Of a DNA stretch of 64,000 nt, positions 49,679 through 60,128 are shown piece after piece. Made by a program: the position numbers and the translations under genes. The stretch spans positions 1 to 64,000 of IMG/VR virus record IMGVR_UViG_3300037189_011323; one strand, written 5' to 3'. The notes beneath the pieces were generated by a model. It searched no databases. It saw nothing but the letters and a program-made list of their open reading frames with translations, and was not told the DNA's origin. Every line of letters begins with the position of its first letter. The stretch's first letter is position 1. This DNA comes from an uncultured virus (IMG/VR IMGVR_UViG_3300037189_011323) (taxonomy: Duplodnaviria; Heunggongvirae; Uroviricota; Caudoviricetes).

Positions 49679-50614
49679 ATGACATATGCCAGTGGCGGTA
49701 TAATCCAAGCATCAGATTTTAATACTCGTGTATCTGCAGTTAACGCATTGTGGGGCACTGGTGCTAATGCTAATGGATATGGTCAAGCAAGCACTGTTAC
49801 TACAACTTCTACTGGTACAGTTGTTCCTGCAACTGATTGGGCCACACTTATTGCACGTTTAACTTCTGCAAATCAGCACCAAGTAAACAATACCACTGGT
49901 ATTCCATCACAGCCTACTTCGGGTGGTATTATTACCTATCTTAATACATTAGACAGTGCTATTTCTACAATTAACACAAATAAACTTTCAAGTTTTGCAC
50001 AACAGGCGGCTGCTGCTTTTACAGCGGCACAAACTGCTTCTAGTAGCACTGCATGGACAACAAGTGCACAACGCACATTTACTGCAACTTTTGCTAATGC
50101 AGATGCTGCACGTTACTTTTTTAATTCAAATGGTTATCTGGAAGTTAGTTTTGTCAATAATGCACTCGCTGGTAATAGTAAAAGTGATTATTGGCAAGCA
50201 TTTTTAGCAAATGGTGTAAAACAACATATTTTAAGAGCAAATGCATCTTATTATACTGGAACTGGTTTTACTCCAAATACTAATTTGACTACACAAGGTT
50301 ATTATAACTTAACAAGAGGTCTTGCTACTTTCTTCCAAGTATATGATACTCCAAGTTCTGTTGATTATGTTAACAACTACATGAATATACAGTATGGCAT
50401 TGGTAGTGCACAAAATGCTGGTGGTAATGGAGATAACGGTTCAGTTATCGTTATTAACGTTAATATGTTTGATGCTGCTGGTGACGTGTTAAACGATTCA
50501 GTTACTGGAAATACAGTAGTTCAAGTTCGTCCAGTTTACCCAGAAACAACTTATCTTACAACACAAAGTTGGGGCACTGTCACAATCGCTGCTAACGTCA
50601 ATACTCAAGCATAA
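49679..50614 (+). CDS. Virion structural protein (hypothetical)
   Basis: T/S/A/N-rich; MTYASGGIIQASDFN start and ARYFFN.G motif; late promoter at 49653. Confidence 0.6.
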   Translation: MTYASGGIIQASDFNTRVSAVNALWGTGANANGYGQASTVTTTSTGTVVPATDWATLIARLTSANQHQVNNTTGIPSQPTSGGIITYLNTLDSAISTINTNKLSSFAQQAAAAFTAAQTASSSTAWTTSAQRTFTATFANADAARYFFNSNGYLEVSFVNNALAGNSKSDYWQAFLANGVKQHILRANASYYTGTGFTPNTNLTTQGYYNLTRGLATFFQVYDTPSSVDYVNNYMNIQYGIGSAQNAGGNGDNGSVIVINVNMFDAAGDVLNDSVTGNTVVQVRPVYPETTYLTTQSWGTVTIAANVNTQA

Positions 50615-50615
50615 T

Positions 50616-50644
50616 TTGACTTATTAATATTTTTTTGTTACAAT
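50616..50644 (+). promoter_or_regulatory. Sigma70-type promoter of the glycosyltransferase/radical SAM operon (leaderless)
   Basis: TTGACT-17 nt-TACAAT with TGn extension, 6 nt before ATG 50651. Confidence 0.75.
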
Positions 50645-50650
50645 TTCAAT

Positions 50651-50971
50651 ATGACTCCAGAAGAACTACGTGAACGGGCTATTGACGCCTATAATCGTGA
50701 TTTAGCAAAACAAAACATCCTTACTGCCATGGAATCACGCATGACAGTAAATTATTATGATGGTGTGTTTATTGTTACTCAAGAACTTATTAGTTTTTTA
50801 AATGCTTGGCGTGACGAAGAAATTTATATGCTTGATGCTTATGATACACCAGTAAAAGTAAATGCTCATGTATTATTAATTCGCTGCAAGCAGCGTTGGC
50901 AAGAAGTTATGAATGAATTTGCTGTAGAATACGAAGAATATAAAAAGATTCGTAATGCAAGACAACTCTAA
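50651..50971 (+). CDS. Hypothetical protein, first gene of the modification operon
   Basis: 106-aa ORF directly after the promoter, overlapping the next gene. Confidence 0.7.
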   Translation: MTPEELRERAIDAYNRDLAKQNILTAMESRMTVNYYDGVFIVTQELISFLNAWRDEEIYMLDAYDTPVKVNAHVLLIRCKQRWQEVMNEFAVEYEEYKKIRNARQL

Positions 50972-51707
50972 AGGTTGTATCATATTTGCATACAACACAG
51001 ATAAAATCGATTATTTTAGTCAAGCGGTAGAAGCCGCTGATAGAGTAAATCATTTTCTTGATTTACCAGTTACTATTTTTACAAATGAAGAAAGAGAGTG
51101 TAAACACAATGTTATCATTACTGAAATTCCTCCAAAAAATTACAAACAAAGAAATATTTGGTACAACCGCAGCAGAACTGGAGCGTTTGATCTTACGCCT
51201 TACAGTAAAACACTGGTGATTGATAGTGATTATTTCTTATGCACTGATACATTAAAATATCATATTGAAAGTCAAAAACCATTTTTAATTGCGAATGAAG
51301 TTTATAATCCAGTTAAAGGTGAGAAAACAATTTTTAATATTGGAAAAAGTCATGTTCCTATGATGTGGGCTACTATAATGATATTTGACAAAAGTGATGA
51401 AGCAAAACAAATATTTGAGTTTGCAAAAATTGTTGAAAAACATTATGACTATTATAGTAGGTTATATGGTTTTCATTATTCAAGTATAAGAAACGATTAC
51501 ATTTTTAGTATAGCATGTCACGTAATGGGTGGTTATGGTTCTATATCTTATGCTTTAAAAAATTATCCTATTGTAAATTGCGATAGTCAAACATTTTATG
51601 AAAGTTTAGATAATAACAAACTTGTATACAAATATGCACATGATAAAATATACGGAAATAGATTACAAAATATAGATTTACATCTTATGAATAAAGGTCA
51701 ACTATGA
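50955..51707 (+). CDS. GT-A fold glycosyltransferase-like protein (GT8-like)
   Basis: TPYSKTLVIDSD carries the DxD motif; WATIMIF.K. Confidence 0.65.
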   Translation: MQDNSKGCIIFAYNTDKIDYFSQAVEAADRVNHFLDLPVTIFTNEERECKHNVIITEIPPKNYKQRNIWYNRSRTGAFDLTPYSKTLVIDSDYFLCTDTLKYHIESQKPFLIANEVYNPVKGEKTIFNIGKSHVPMMWATIMIFDKSDEAKQIFEFAKIVEKHYDYYSRLYGFHYSSIRNDYIFSIACHVMGGYGSISYALKNYPIVNCDSQTFYESLDNNKLVYKYAHDKIYGNRLQNIDLHLMNKGQL

Positions 51708-52546
51708 GTTCTGGTTACATATGTATTGCACAAAATAGTGGCGATGTAGATTATTTGCGTATGGCATATCTGCAAGCCTTAAGTTGTAAACTGACACAGA
51801 CAACATATAATAGTTTTAGTGTTATCGTAGATAAAGAAACTGCTGATTGTATAGAACAAAAATACATTGATGTATTTGATAATATTATTGTTATTAAAGA
51901 TGACCTTGCAAAAAATAGTAAAATTAAAATGCAGAACGAGTGTCAGGTTTTCAAGTATAGCCCTTATAAACAAACTATGAAAACCGAAGCAGACATGTTG
52001 TTTACTTCAAACTATGATGAGCTATGGTATGCTTGGAATGTTAGTAAGCAAGTTTTTTGTTCACATGTTTATACATATGACGGTCATTTAATCACAGATC
52101 GCAGTCAGCGTAAGTTGTTTGATGATAGTTTATTACCAAACGTTTATAGTGCTTGGACATATTTTTCATATGACTTGGAATGTAAACAATTTTATGATAC
52201 AATGCGTGTCATTATAGATGATTGGAATTATTACCGTGACAATTATCTTATAAACTGTCGTTATGATGAACCACGAACAGATGAAGTTTATGCACTTGCT
52301 TGTAAAATATTAGATATAAAATATAAAAGCAATGGTTTTGGGTTTGTTCATATGAAACCTAAACTTCAAAGAATTGCAACAAACTCAAGTTGGTCTGAAA
52401 TGCTTTCATTTGAAGTTCATAACGATTTTGCACCAGTTATTGGTGGGTATAAGCAATCTAAACCACTGCATTATGTTGAGAAAACCTTTGTAACAGATGA
52501 ATTATTAGATAGATATGAGTATGAATTTAACAAAAGAAGAAGTTAA
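51704..52546 (+). CDS. GT-A fold glycosyltransferase-like protein (paralogue)
   Basis: SPYKQTMKTEADM (ExD), PNVYSAWTYF and FVHMKP. Confidence 0.6.
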   Translation: MSSGYICIAQNSGDVDYLRMAYLQALSCKLTQTTYNSFSVIVDKETADCIEQKYIDVFDNIIVIKDDLAKNSKIKMQNECQVFKYSPYKQTMKTEADMLFTSNYDELWYAWNVSKQVFCSHVYTYDGHLITDRSQRKLFDDSLLPNVYSAWTYFSYDLECKQFYDTMRVIIDDWNYYRDNYLINCRYDEPRTDEVYALACKILDIKYKSNGFGFVHMKPKLQRIATNSSWSEMLSFEVHNDFAPVIGGYKQSKPLHYVEKTFVTDELLDRYEYEFNKRRS

Positions 52547-52742
52547 GGCTTGGTGGGATGAGTTTGAAAGAGAACTTGGAAAAATGGTAATGCCTTGTGT
52601 TCCTATGCCAGAACCTCCTCCGCCTCCACCTGTTTACAACCCAAGATGGCGGCATGGAAATACTTACTTTACACTTAAGAATGATATGCAATTTGCTGTT
52701 GATAGTTCACATACAAACGCAATGGGCTGGAAATATGAGTAA
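52515..52742 (+). CDS. Small hypothetical protein with a poly-Pro stretch
   Basis: Fills the gap between two operon genes, with overlaps at both ends. Confidence 0.5.
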   Translation: MSMNLTKEEVKAWWDEFERELGKMVMPCVPMPEPPPPPPVYNPRWRHGNTYFTLKNDMQFAVDSSHTNAMGWKYE

Positions 52743-53673
52743 TTTAGTTGATATAAGTGATCTTGATGTAATATTCTTAAGCTATAAAGAAACCAACGCT
52801 GATAGCAATTGGTCTTATGTTCGTAGTTTTGTTCCGTGGGCAAAACGTGTTCATGGTATAGAAGGAAGTGATGCAGCCCACAAAGCTGCCGCATCAAAAA
52901 GTGAAACAGAGAGATTTATTCTTATTGATGGTGATAATCAACCAAACCCAGAATTTTTTAATCAACAATTAAGACTTAATGATGATAATAGTGAATGTGT
53001 ATTTCGTTGGCGTGCAAAAAATCACATTAATGGGTTATGCTATGGTAATGGTGGGTTGAGCAGTTGGACTAAAACTTTTGTTAATAATATGCGAACCCAT
53101 GAAGCAAGTGACGGAAATACAGAAACAGCCGTTGAGTTCTGTTATTTTCAAAATTATTGGGCTATGCATGATGTTTGGAGTATAACATCACCAAATGGTA
53201 GTCCACAACAAGCATGGCAAGCAGGATTTCGTGAAGGTGTTAAACTTTGTCTTGACCGTGGTCGCCGTGTAAATCCAGAAGAATTTGAAAAGGCAACCTG
53301 GTTAGGCAATCGCACAAATCTTGTTATTTGGTGTAGTATCGGTGCTGATGTTGAATATGGCAAATATGCAATGTTGGGTGCTCGTCAAGGTGCTTTTAAA
53401 ACCATGTTCGATGATGATTGGGACTATACAGAAGTTCGTGATTTTGATAAGTTAGAAAATATTTGGAATGATAGTTTAGAATATAACGACAAAGAAAGTG
53501 AAACGTTTGCAAGAATGTTGCGTAAACGTTTAAATCTTGATATAGTGACTTTTAATGCTGAACAAAGTAAATGGTTTAAAAATCATCAACGTACATATCA
53601 AAATATTGATATTATGTTACCAGAAAGAGATGTAGGAAATGTCATCCGAAGTGCTGCTAGACAACTCTGGTGA
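52735..53673 (+). CDS. Glycosyltransferase-like protein (GT-A, DxD)
   Basis: Start reassigned to ATG 52735. DVIFLSY.E, RVHGIEGSDAAH, FILIDGDN and AWQAGFREGVK. Confidence 0.6.
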   Translation: MSNLVDISDLDVIFLSYKETNADSNWSYVRSFVPWAKRVHGIEGSDAAHKAAASKSETERFILIDGDNQPNPEFFNQQLRLNDDNSECVFRWRAKNHINGLCYGNGGLSSWTKTFVNNMRTHEASDGNTETAVEFCYFQNYWAMHDVWSITSPNGSPQQAWQAGFREGVKLCLDRGRRVNPEEFEKATWLGNRTNLVIWCSIGADVEYGKYAMLGARQGAFKTMFDDDWDYTEVRDFDKLENIWNDSLEYNDKESETFARMLRKRLNLDIVTFNAEQSKWFKNHQRTYQNIDIMLPERDVGNVIRSAARQLW

Positions 53674-55078
53674 TACTGCCACAGTTAACGAAGATAACAC
53701 ATTAAAAAGTGATTTTCTAACCGCCGCTGAAAAAATGCAGCAGAAGTTAGGTAATTCACTTTGCCTTTCCAAATGGATGCAAACGAGTTTGCACCTAACA
53801 ACTGGTCATACTAATAGTTGCTACCATCCACCACTACATAGGATAAATGCAGATGATCTCACCGATAACCCCAGTGCACTCCACAACACTGAATTTAAAA
53901 AAACGCAAAGACAGCGAATGCTACTTGGAGAACGCCCAGAAGAATGTAGTTACTGTTGGCGAGTTGAAGCCACAGGAAACTTATCAGATAGACATTACAG
54001 ATCGGGAGAACCTTGGGCTGCTAATAAGTATAATGAGATTCTTATTCAAGACCCCTTAACTTGGAATGTAAATCCAGCTTATGTAGAAGTAAATTTTAGT
54101 AATGTTTGTAACTTACAATGTAGCTATTGTTCGCCACAATTTAGTAGTGCGTGGCAAAAGGAAATAAATGAAAACGGTGCTTATCCTACTTCTAATTCCC
54201 ACAATAGTCCTTCTTACTTTACTACTGATCGTAGAGTTATACCAAACAGGGAAAGTAATGTTTATGTTGATGCGTTCTGGCGATGGTGGCCAGAACTCTA
54301 CCCAAACCTAAAACATTTTCGTATGACAGGCGGTGAACCACTGCTTGACAAAAACACTTATCGTGTATTTGATTATGTATTAGACCATCCTAAAAAAGAT
54401 TTACATCTAAACGTAACAAGTAACTTTAGCCAAGATGAATATGTATTTGAAAAATATCTCACTTATGTAAAGCATATGTGTGGTAATAAAGTGTTAGAGC
54501 ATTTCATGCAGTTTGTCTCTATTGATGGTTATGGTGAACGTGCTGAATATGGTCGTCATGGTCTTGATTTTAAACTTATGCAATCTAACGTTGAGAAGTT
54601 CTTAACAGATATACCAGGTCGTAATAGCGTAACTTTTATCATTACGATGAATGTGCTAAACATCACAAGTCTTAAAGAATTGATGCAATGGATACTTGAA
54701 CTTCGTAACAAATACAATACAACGTATCAACGTGTTTGGTTTGATACTCCAATTCTTCGTGAACCTAAATGGCAATGTGTTGATATACTGCCAGAAAGTT
54801 ATGCTTGGTTCTTACAGAATATTGTTGATTGGATGAAGCCACAGACAGAAACGGTTGATACAAGATTTAATGGTTTTAAAGATTATGAAATAACTAAATT
54901 ACAACGTGTTGTAGATTGGATGCGTGAACATCACCGTGAAGATAATAAAGCTATGGCAGATTTTTATAAATTTTTTGCTGAACATGATAGCCGCCGCAAA
55001 ACTAATTTTTTACAAACCTTTCCAGAAATGGTAGAATGGTGGGATAATTGCAAATATTGGGCAGATAATGCGAAGTAA
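53639..55078 (+). CDS. Radical SAM protein with N-terminal twitch-like Fe-S domain (1 of 5)
   Basis: CNLQCSYC and TGGEP; N-terminal C..KW..SCYH..CSYC. Confidence 0.9.
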   Translation: MSSEVLLDNSGDTATVNEDNTLKSDFLTAAEKMQQKLGNSLCLSKWMQTSLHLTTGHTNSCYHPPLHRINADDLTDNPSALHNTEFKKTQRQRMLLGERPEECSYCWRVEATGNLSDRHYRSGEPWAANKYNEILIQDPLTWNVNPAYVEVNFSNVCNLQCSYCSPQFSSAWQKEINENGAYPTSNSHNSPSYFTTDRRVIPNRESNVYVDAFWRWWPELYPNLKHFRMTGGEPLLDKNTYRVFDYVLDHPKKDLHLNVTSNFSQDEYVFEKYLTYVKHMCGNKVLEHFMQFVSIDGYGERAEYGRHGLDFKLMQSNVEKFLTDIPGRNSVTFIITMNVLNITSLKELMQWILELRNKYNTTYQRVWFDTPILREPKWQCVDILPESYAWFLQNIVDWMKPQTETVDTRFNGFKDYEITKLQRVVDWMREHHREDNKAMADFYKFFAEHDSRRKTNFLQTFPEMVEWWDNCKYWADNAK

Positions 55079-56426
55079 AAAACCAGAAGAATCTTTTTTA
55101 GAATATAAACAACGTGTGTTAGATACAAAAAGTAAATCTTTTTGTGGTGCTAAATGGTATAATGCAACTATATGGCTTGGTAGTGGACAAACGACAAGTT
55201 GTCACCACCCACTTCCGCATACTATACCTGTAAATGAATTAGAAAAAAATCCAAGTGTATTGCATAACACATATCAAAAGAAGACTGAACGTGCAATGAT
55301 GCAACAGGGGGAACGTCCAAAAGGATGTGAATATTGTTGGCGTATTGAGGATAACAGTGATATAGCTATCAGTGACCGTCCTTACAAAAGTATGATATAT
55401 AGTGAAGAAGAATTGAACGAGGCATTTCGTCTACCATTTGATACTGACGTAAATCTTCGCACTTTGGAGATAGCCTTTGATAGAACTTGTAACTTTGCTT
55501 GTAGCTATTGTAATCCCGCTTTTAGTACTACTTGGGTTAAAGACATTAAAGTTAATGGACCATACGTTGACCTTGTTAGCGATGGTCGCAATCATTTTAC
55601 CCATATACATGATTCTTCTCAGCTATATAGTTTCTCTGATACGAATCCATATGTAGAAGCATTCTTTAAATGGTGGGAAACTGACCTATATAAGACACTA
55701 CGTGAATTACGTATAACTGGTGGTGAACCACTTATGAGTGGACATACATGGAAGTTGCTTGATTGGTTTAAAAACAATCGTGGTAAAAGCCGAACGAAAC
55801 TTGCAATTAACAGCAATCTTGGTATTGAACGAGAAAAACTTGTAGAGTTTGTAGATAATATTCGTGAATTGCCACACGTTGAAGTTTATACAAGTTGTGA
55901 AGCATTTAAAGAGCAAGCTGAATATATTCGTGATGGTTTAAATTATTATCAATGGTTTGATAATTTAGTTTACCTACAAAATAGTGGTGCTGTTAAACAA
56001 TTACACGTAATGGCAACTATTAATGGATTATGTTTGCCATCATTACCAAATTTTCTTGAACACATGATGGATTTTAAAATGGGTTATGGTCGTGATAGTT
56101 TAACTGTTACACTTAACATTTTGCGTTTCCCAAGTTTTCAAAGTCCAATTGTAATGCCATATGGTATCAAAGAAGAATGCGCTGTTGCTCTTGAAAAGTT
56201 TTTAGAACGACATGAACATGGAAAATATTTGCATCAAATGGAAATTGAACATGTTAAACGTTTAATTCAATATTTACGTACAACAACAACTCCACATGAA
56301 GGTGCAAGTCACATTGATATTTTAGAAAAAGATTTTAAAAACTTCTATGAACAATACGACAAACGCCGTGGTAAAGATTTTATTGAAACTTTTCCTGATT
56401 TAGAAGATTGGTATAATGGCATATAA
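55068..56426 (+). CDS. Radical SAM protein with N-terminal twitch-like domain (2 of 5)
   Basis: CNFACSYC and TGGEP; N-terminal FCGAKW..SCHH..CEYC. Confidence 0.9.
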   Translation: MRSKKPEESFLEYKQRVLDTKSKSFCGAKWYNATIWLGSGQTTSCHHPLPHTIPVNELEKNPSVLHNTYQKKTERAMMQQGERPKGCEYCWRIEDNSDIAISDRPYKSMIYSEEELNEAFRLPFDTDVNLRTLEIAFDRTCNFACSYCNPAFSTTWVKDIKVNGPYVDLVSDGRNHFTHIHDSSQLYSFSDTNPYVEAFFKWWETDLYKTLRELRITGGEPLMSGHTWKLLDWFKNNRGKSRTKLAINSNLGIEREKLVEFVDNIRELPHVEVYTSCEAFKEQAEYIRDGLNYYQWFDNLVYLQNSGAVKQLHVMATINGLCLPSLPNFLEHMMDFKMGYGRDSLTVTLNILRFPSFQSPIVMPYGIKEECAVALEKFLERHEHGKYLHQMEIEHVKRLIQYLRTTTTPHEGASHIDILEKDFKNFYEQYDKRRGKDFIETFPDLEDWYNGI

Positions 56427-57687
56427 CTATAACGGCAAAGAACCAATTAAAATTGCTGTTGACGATTTAACAGATTCTCAAAAACATTTAATCTTTGAGA
56501 ACAAATCATTTTGTATGTATCCTTGGATTCATCTTCATGCATTTCCAACAGGAGAAGCATATCCGTGTTGTAATACCGAGATGCCTGAACTTGTAGGTAA
56601 CACTCGCCATAATACAATAGAAGAAATTTGGCATGGATCGGCAATGCAAGATGTTCGTAATAAGATGCTTGCTGGTGAACCAGTAAAAGGTTGCAGTCGT
56701 TGTTATGAGCAAGAAGACAATGGTTTTTTCAGTATGCGCATGAGTGCTAATAAACACTTTGGACATCATATTGCACTGACAGACAATCCCACACCGCCAA
56801 TGAAAATGATTTATTGGGATATACGTTTTAGTAATTTATGCAATCTTCGTTGTCGCAGTTGTGGTCATATCTTTAGTTCAAATTGGTATGATGATCAAGT
56901 TAAACTTGCAGGTGAAGAGTGGGGAAAAAATAACAAACGTATCAATTTTGCTGGTCGCAATGAAGATGATATTTGGAATCAGCTTGAACCGCAGATTGAT
57001 AATCTTGAACAAGTATATTTTGCTGGCGGTGAACCACTTATCATGGAAGAACATTACCGTTTGCTTAAAGAACTTATTAAGCGTGGTCGTCACGATGTTC
57101 GTCTCATTTACAATACAAACTTTACACAAACAGTTTATAAGAAAACAAATGTGTTTGAACTTTGGCGTGAGTTTAAAAGTGTAAGTGTTGGAGCAAGTTT
57201 AGACGCAATGGGTAAACACGCCGAGTATATTCGCAAGAATACGGTATGGGCAGATGTTGAACGCAATCGTGAAGAAATGTTAAAGATATGTCCACGTGTA
57301 GATTTTTATATAAGTCCAACATTAAGTGTTATGAATGCATTACACTTACCTACTTTTCATCGTGATTGGGTAGAACGTGGATTTTTAAAACCGCAAGATT
57401 TAAATATTAATATATTGCAAGATCCACCTCATTATCGTATTGATATACTGCCATTTCAATATAAAGTTGATGTGCAAGAACTTTATTTGGAGCATATTGA
57501 TTGGCTTAAACCCCAAGATTACCTGAAACGAGCAACTGCTGGATTTGAAAGTGCAATTAACTTTATGATGGCAGATGATAAGAGTAATTTGCTAGAAAAG
57601 TTTATTACTAAGACAGTTCAACTAGATAAGATACGAAATGAAAATATTTTGGAATCCATTCCAGAAATGAGATTTATTCATGAATAA
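56416..57687 (+). CDS. Radical SAM protein with N-terminal twitch-like domain (3 of 5)
   Basis: CNLRCRSC and AGGEP; N-terminal FCMYPW..PCC..CSRC. Confidence 0.9.
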   Translation: MAYNYNGKEPIKIAVDDLTDSQKHLIFENKSFCMYPWIHLHAFPTGEAYPCCNTEMPELVGNTRHNTIEEIWHGSAMQDVRNKMLAGEPVKGCSRCYEQEDNGFFSMRMSANKHFGHHIALTDNPTPPMKMIYWDIRFSNLCNLRCRSCGHIFSSNWYDDQVKLAGEEWGKNNKRINFAGRNEDDIWNQLEPQIDNLEQVYFAGGEPLIMEEHYRLLKELIKRGRHDVRLIYNTNFTQTVYKKTNVFELWREFKSVSVGASLDAMGKHAEYIRKNTVWADVERNREEMLKICPRVDFYISPTLSVMNALHLPTFHRDWVERGFLKPQDLNINILQDPPHYRIDILPFQYKVDVQELYLEHIDWLKPQDYLKRATAGFESAINFMMADDKSNLLEKFITKTVQLDKIRNENILESIPEMRFIHE

Positions 57688-58843
57688 TTTTTGTGTATTA
57701 CCATTTACTAGTATTGAAGCAGATCCAATGGGTAAATGTAAGGTATGTTGTTTATCAAAAACTACTATACCAAATATTGACCTTAAAACTAATACATTAA
57801 CAGAAGCATTTAACAGTGATTACATGCGTAATTTAAGACAACAATTTTTACAAGATGAAAAACCAAGTGAATGTGAACGTTGTTGGACAGAAGAAGCAAG
57901 TGGACGCACTAGTAAACGTATGCACAGCACTATGCGACTTCAAAAAATTTTGCAAAATAAATCTTTTACTAAAGATACTGATGGTGAACTTATTTTTCTT
58001 GATCTTAAACTTGGAAATATTTGTAATTTGAAGTGTAGAATATGTGGTAGCTTTAGTAGCAGTAAATGGGCACAGGAAGAAATTGATATATTTAAAAATA
58101 ACAATACAGCACGTGAAAATCTTGAAAATGGACGTTGGCCACGTGAAGCAAACAATTTTTGGAAAGATTTAGCAGATTTATTATCAAATACAAAATATTT
58201 TGAATTTACGGGTGGCGAACCATTTCTTATTGACGAACACTTTACATTATTAGAAATTGCAGTCAAGATGGGTTATGCAAAAGATATTGAATTGCATTAC
58301 AATACTAATACTACTACTTTTCCTAAACGTGGTTTAGAATTGTGGCCAAATTTTAAATTGGTTGAAATTGCCCTATCAATTGATGATATGGGTAAGCGGT
58401 TTGAATATCAAAGATTTGGAACAAAATGGGAAACTACTCTTGAAAATTTAGAACGTTTTAGACAATTAAGACAAAACAATAAAAATATAAAGCTACAACT
58501 GTGTTTAACTGTTAATGTACTAAATGTTTACTATCTTGATGAAATTTGTAAATGGATACCAAAACAAAAATTTAATTATGTTTATTTTAACGTATTGCAT
58601 GATGCCTGGTATTTTAGTATCAAACATTTTACTCAACGTGCTAAGGATTTAGTTAATGAAAAATATAAAAATTATACTGGTTTTTACGCTGATGAAATAA
58701 AAAATTTAATAACATTTATGAATCAGGGTGTTAGTAGTGATGGAACTGATTTGGTAAGAATACTTAAGCAAAGTGACATACAGCGTAATCAAAAGTTTAG
58801 CAATTATCATAGTGAGATAGCGGCGGCAATTGGTTATGAATGA
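57680..58843 (+). CDS. Radical SAM protein with N-terminal twitch-like domain (4 of 5)
   Basis: CNLKCRIC and TGGEP; N-terminal FCVLPF..VCC..CERC. Confidence 0.9.
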   Translation: MNNFCVLPFTSIEADPMGKCKVCCLSKTTIPNIDLKTNTLTEAFNSDYMRNLRQQFLQDEKPSECERCWTEEASGRTSKRMHSTMRLQKILQNKSFTKDTDGELIFLDLKLGNICNLKCRICGSFSSSKWAQEEIDIFKNNNTARENLENGRWPREANNFWKDLADLLSNTKYFEFTGGEPFLIDEHFTLLEIAVKMGYAKDIELHYNTNTTTFPKRGLELWPNFKLVEIALSIDDMGKRFEYQRFGTKWETTLENLERFRQLRQNNKNIKLQLCLTVNVLNVYYLDEICKWIPKQKFNYVYFNVLHDAWYFSIKHFTQRAKDLVNEKYKNYTGFYADEIKNLITFMNQGVSSDGTDLVRILKQSDIQRNQKFSNYHSEIAAAIGYE

Positions 58844-60128
58844 TTTTTGTTTGGCACCTTGGACCCACACATATATATCACCACAAGGTGAGCGTAGGTT
58901 ATGCTGTGCATCACGAGAACCCGCACAAAATTTTAAACAGTATATTGACACTGAACACGGAAATGGTGAATTTCAAGCCTTAGCACTAGAGGAATGGTGG
59001 AATGGTGAACATATTAGAAGAATAAGAAAAGAGTGGTTATCTGGAACAATCCCAAAAGAATGTGAAGTATGCGATAAAAAGTTACTTAATACTTCTGTTT
59101 ATCGTGATTACTTTGCTCATCTCTTCGGTCATTTACGGAAGGATATTATTTCTTCTACTGACCATGAAGGTTATACAACCATAGAACCAATATCCTGGGA
59201 TTATCGTTATAGTAATGTATGCAACTTTAAGTGCCGTATGTGTGGTGACATGTTAAGTAGTGCATGGGAAGTTGAAGTGCGTAAAAATGATATGGTTGAC
59301 ATAAAAAATCCAAAGAACTATTGGATGCAACCAAAGAATCGCCATGCTATTCGTGATTTTACTCGTGATGTAGTAATACCAGAATTTCGTGAAGCTATAG
59401 AAAACAAAACTGTGCGTGAAATCTATTGGGTAGGCGGTGAACCACTATTGTATGACGAACACTGGACTTTCATGCGCCGCATCGTTGAATTAGGTTATGC
59501 AGATCAGGTCCGTGTGCGGTATAATACGAATTTAAGTTATACTAAAGATAAAGATGGAACTCTTTGGGATTTATTACACCACTTTCCACATTGGGAAATA
59601 TGTGCAAGTTTAGATGGAACAGGAGATATTGGTGAGTATATTAGAAGTGGTCTTAATTATAATGATTGGTTGGATAATTTTAAACAAGGAATCCAACATC
59701 AGCGACATGTTCGCCAAATGCGTATTGATTTTACTCTTACTTTGCCTGGTTTATATGATCTGGCCAATATTATTAATCTTGTTGATTCTCTTAATGTTTC
59801 CCTATTAAGTAAAGTAGTATTTGCTTTTAGCCCTGATATATTATTAAGTCCATTAGCTTTACCTCGTAATATATTAATACCACTTATAGAAAATATACAA
59901 GAAAATATAAAATCAAAAATAACTTACAGAACTCAAAGTTTGTGGGATGTATTGGAACATCTTAAAACTCGTCAAACTTTTGAAGAAGAATTTCCTGACA
60001 ATTATAAACAAGAGGCAAAACGAGGTAAGGCGCATCTTTTAAAATTGGAATCTATTCGTAAAGATGCTAAAATAAAATTAGAAGATATCTTAACTGGTGA
60101 TACCTTAGATTGGTGGAATAGTATATGA
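58836..60128 (+). CDS. Radical SAM protein with N-terminal twitch-like domain (5 of 5)
   Basis: CNFKCRMC and VGGEP; N-terminal FCLAPW..LCC..CEVC. Start probably ATG 58836. Confidence 0.9.
   Translation: MNDFCLAPWTHTYISPQGERRLCCASREPAQNFKQYIDTEHGNGEFQALALEEWWNGEHIRRIRKEWLSGTIPKECEVCDKKLLNTSVYRDYFAHLFGHLRKDIISSTDHEGYTTIEPISWDYRYSNVCNFKCRMCGDMLSSAWEVEVRKNDMVDIKNPKNYWMQPKNRHAIRDFTRDVVIPEFREAIENKTVREIYWVGGEPLLYDEHWTFMRRIVELGYADQVRVRYNTNLSYTKDKDGTLWDLLHHFPHWEICASLDGTGDIGEYIRSGLNYNDWLDNFKQGIQHQRHVRQMRIDFTLTLPGLYDLANIINLVDSLNVSLLSKVVFAFSPDILLSPLALPRNILIPLIENIQENIKSKITYRTQSLWDVLEHLKTRQTFEEEFPDNYKQEAKRGKAHLLKLESIRKDAKIKLEDILTGDTLDWWNSI

Noticed and set aside
52597..52734. N-terminal extension of the 358-aa ORF in the track
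   Set aside because: It overlaps the 75-aa ORF and precedes a better ATG at 52735, where the recognisable domain begins.
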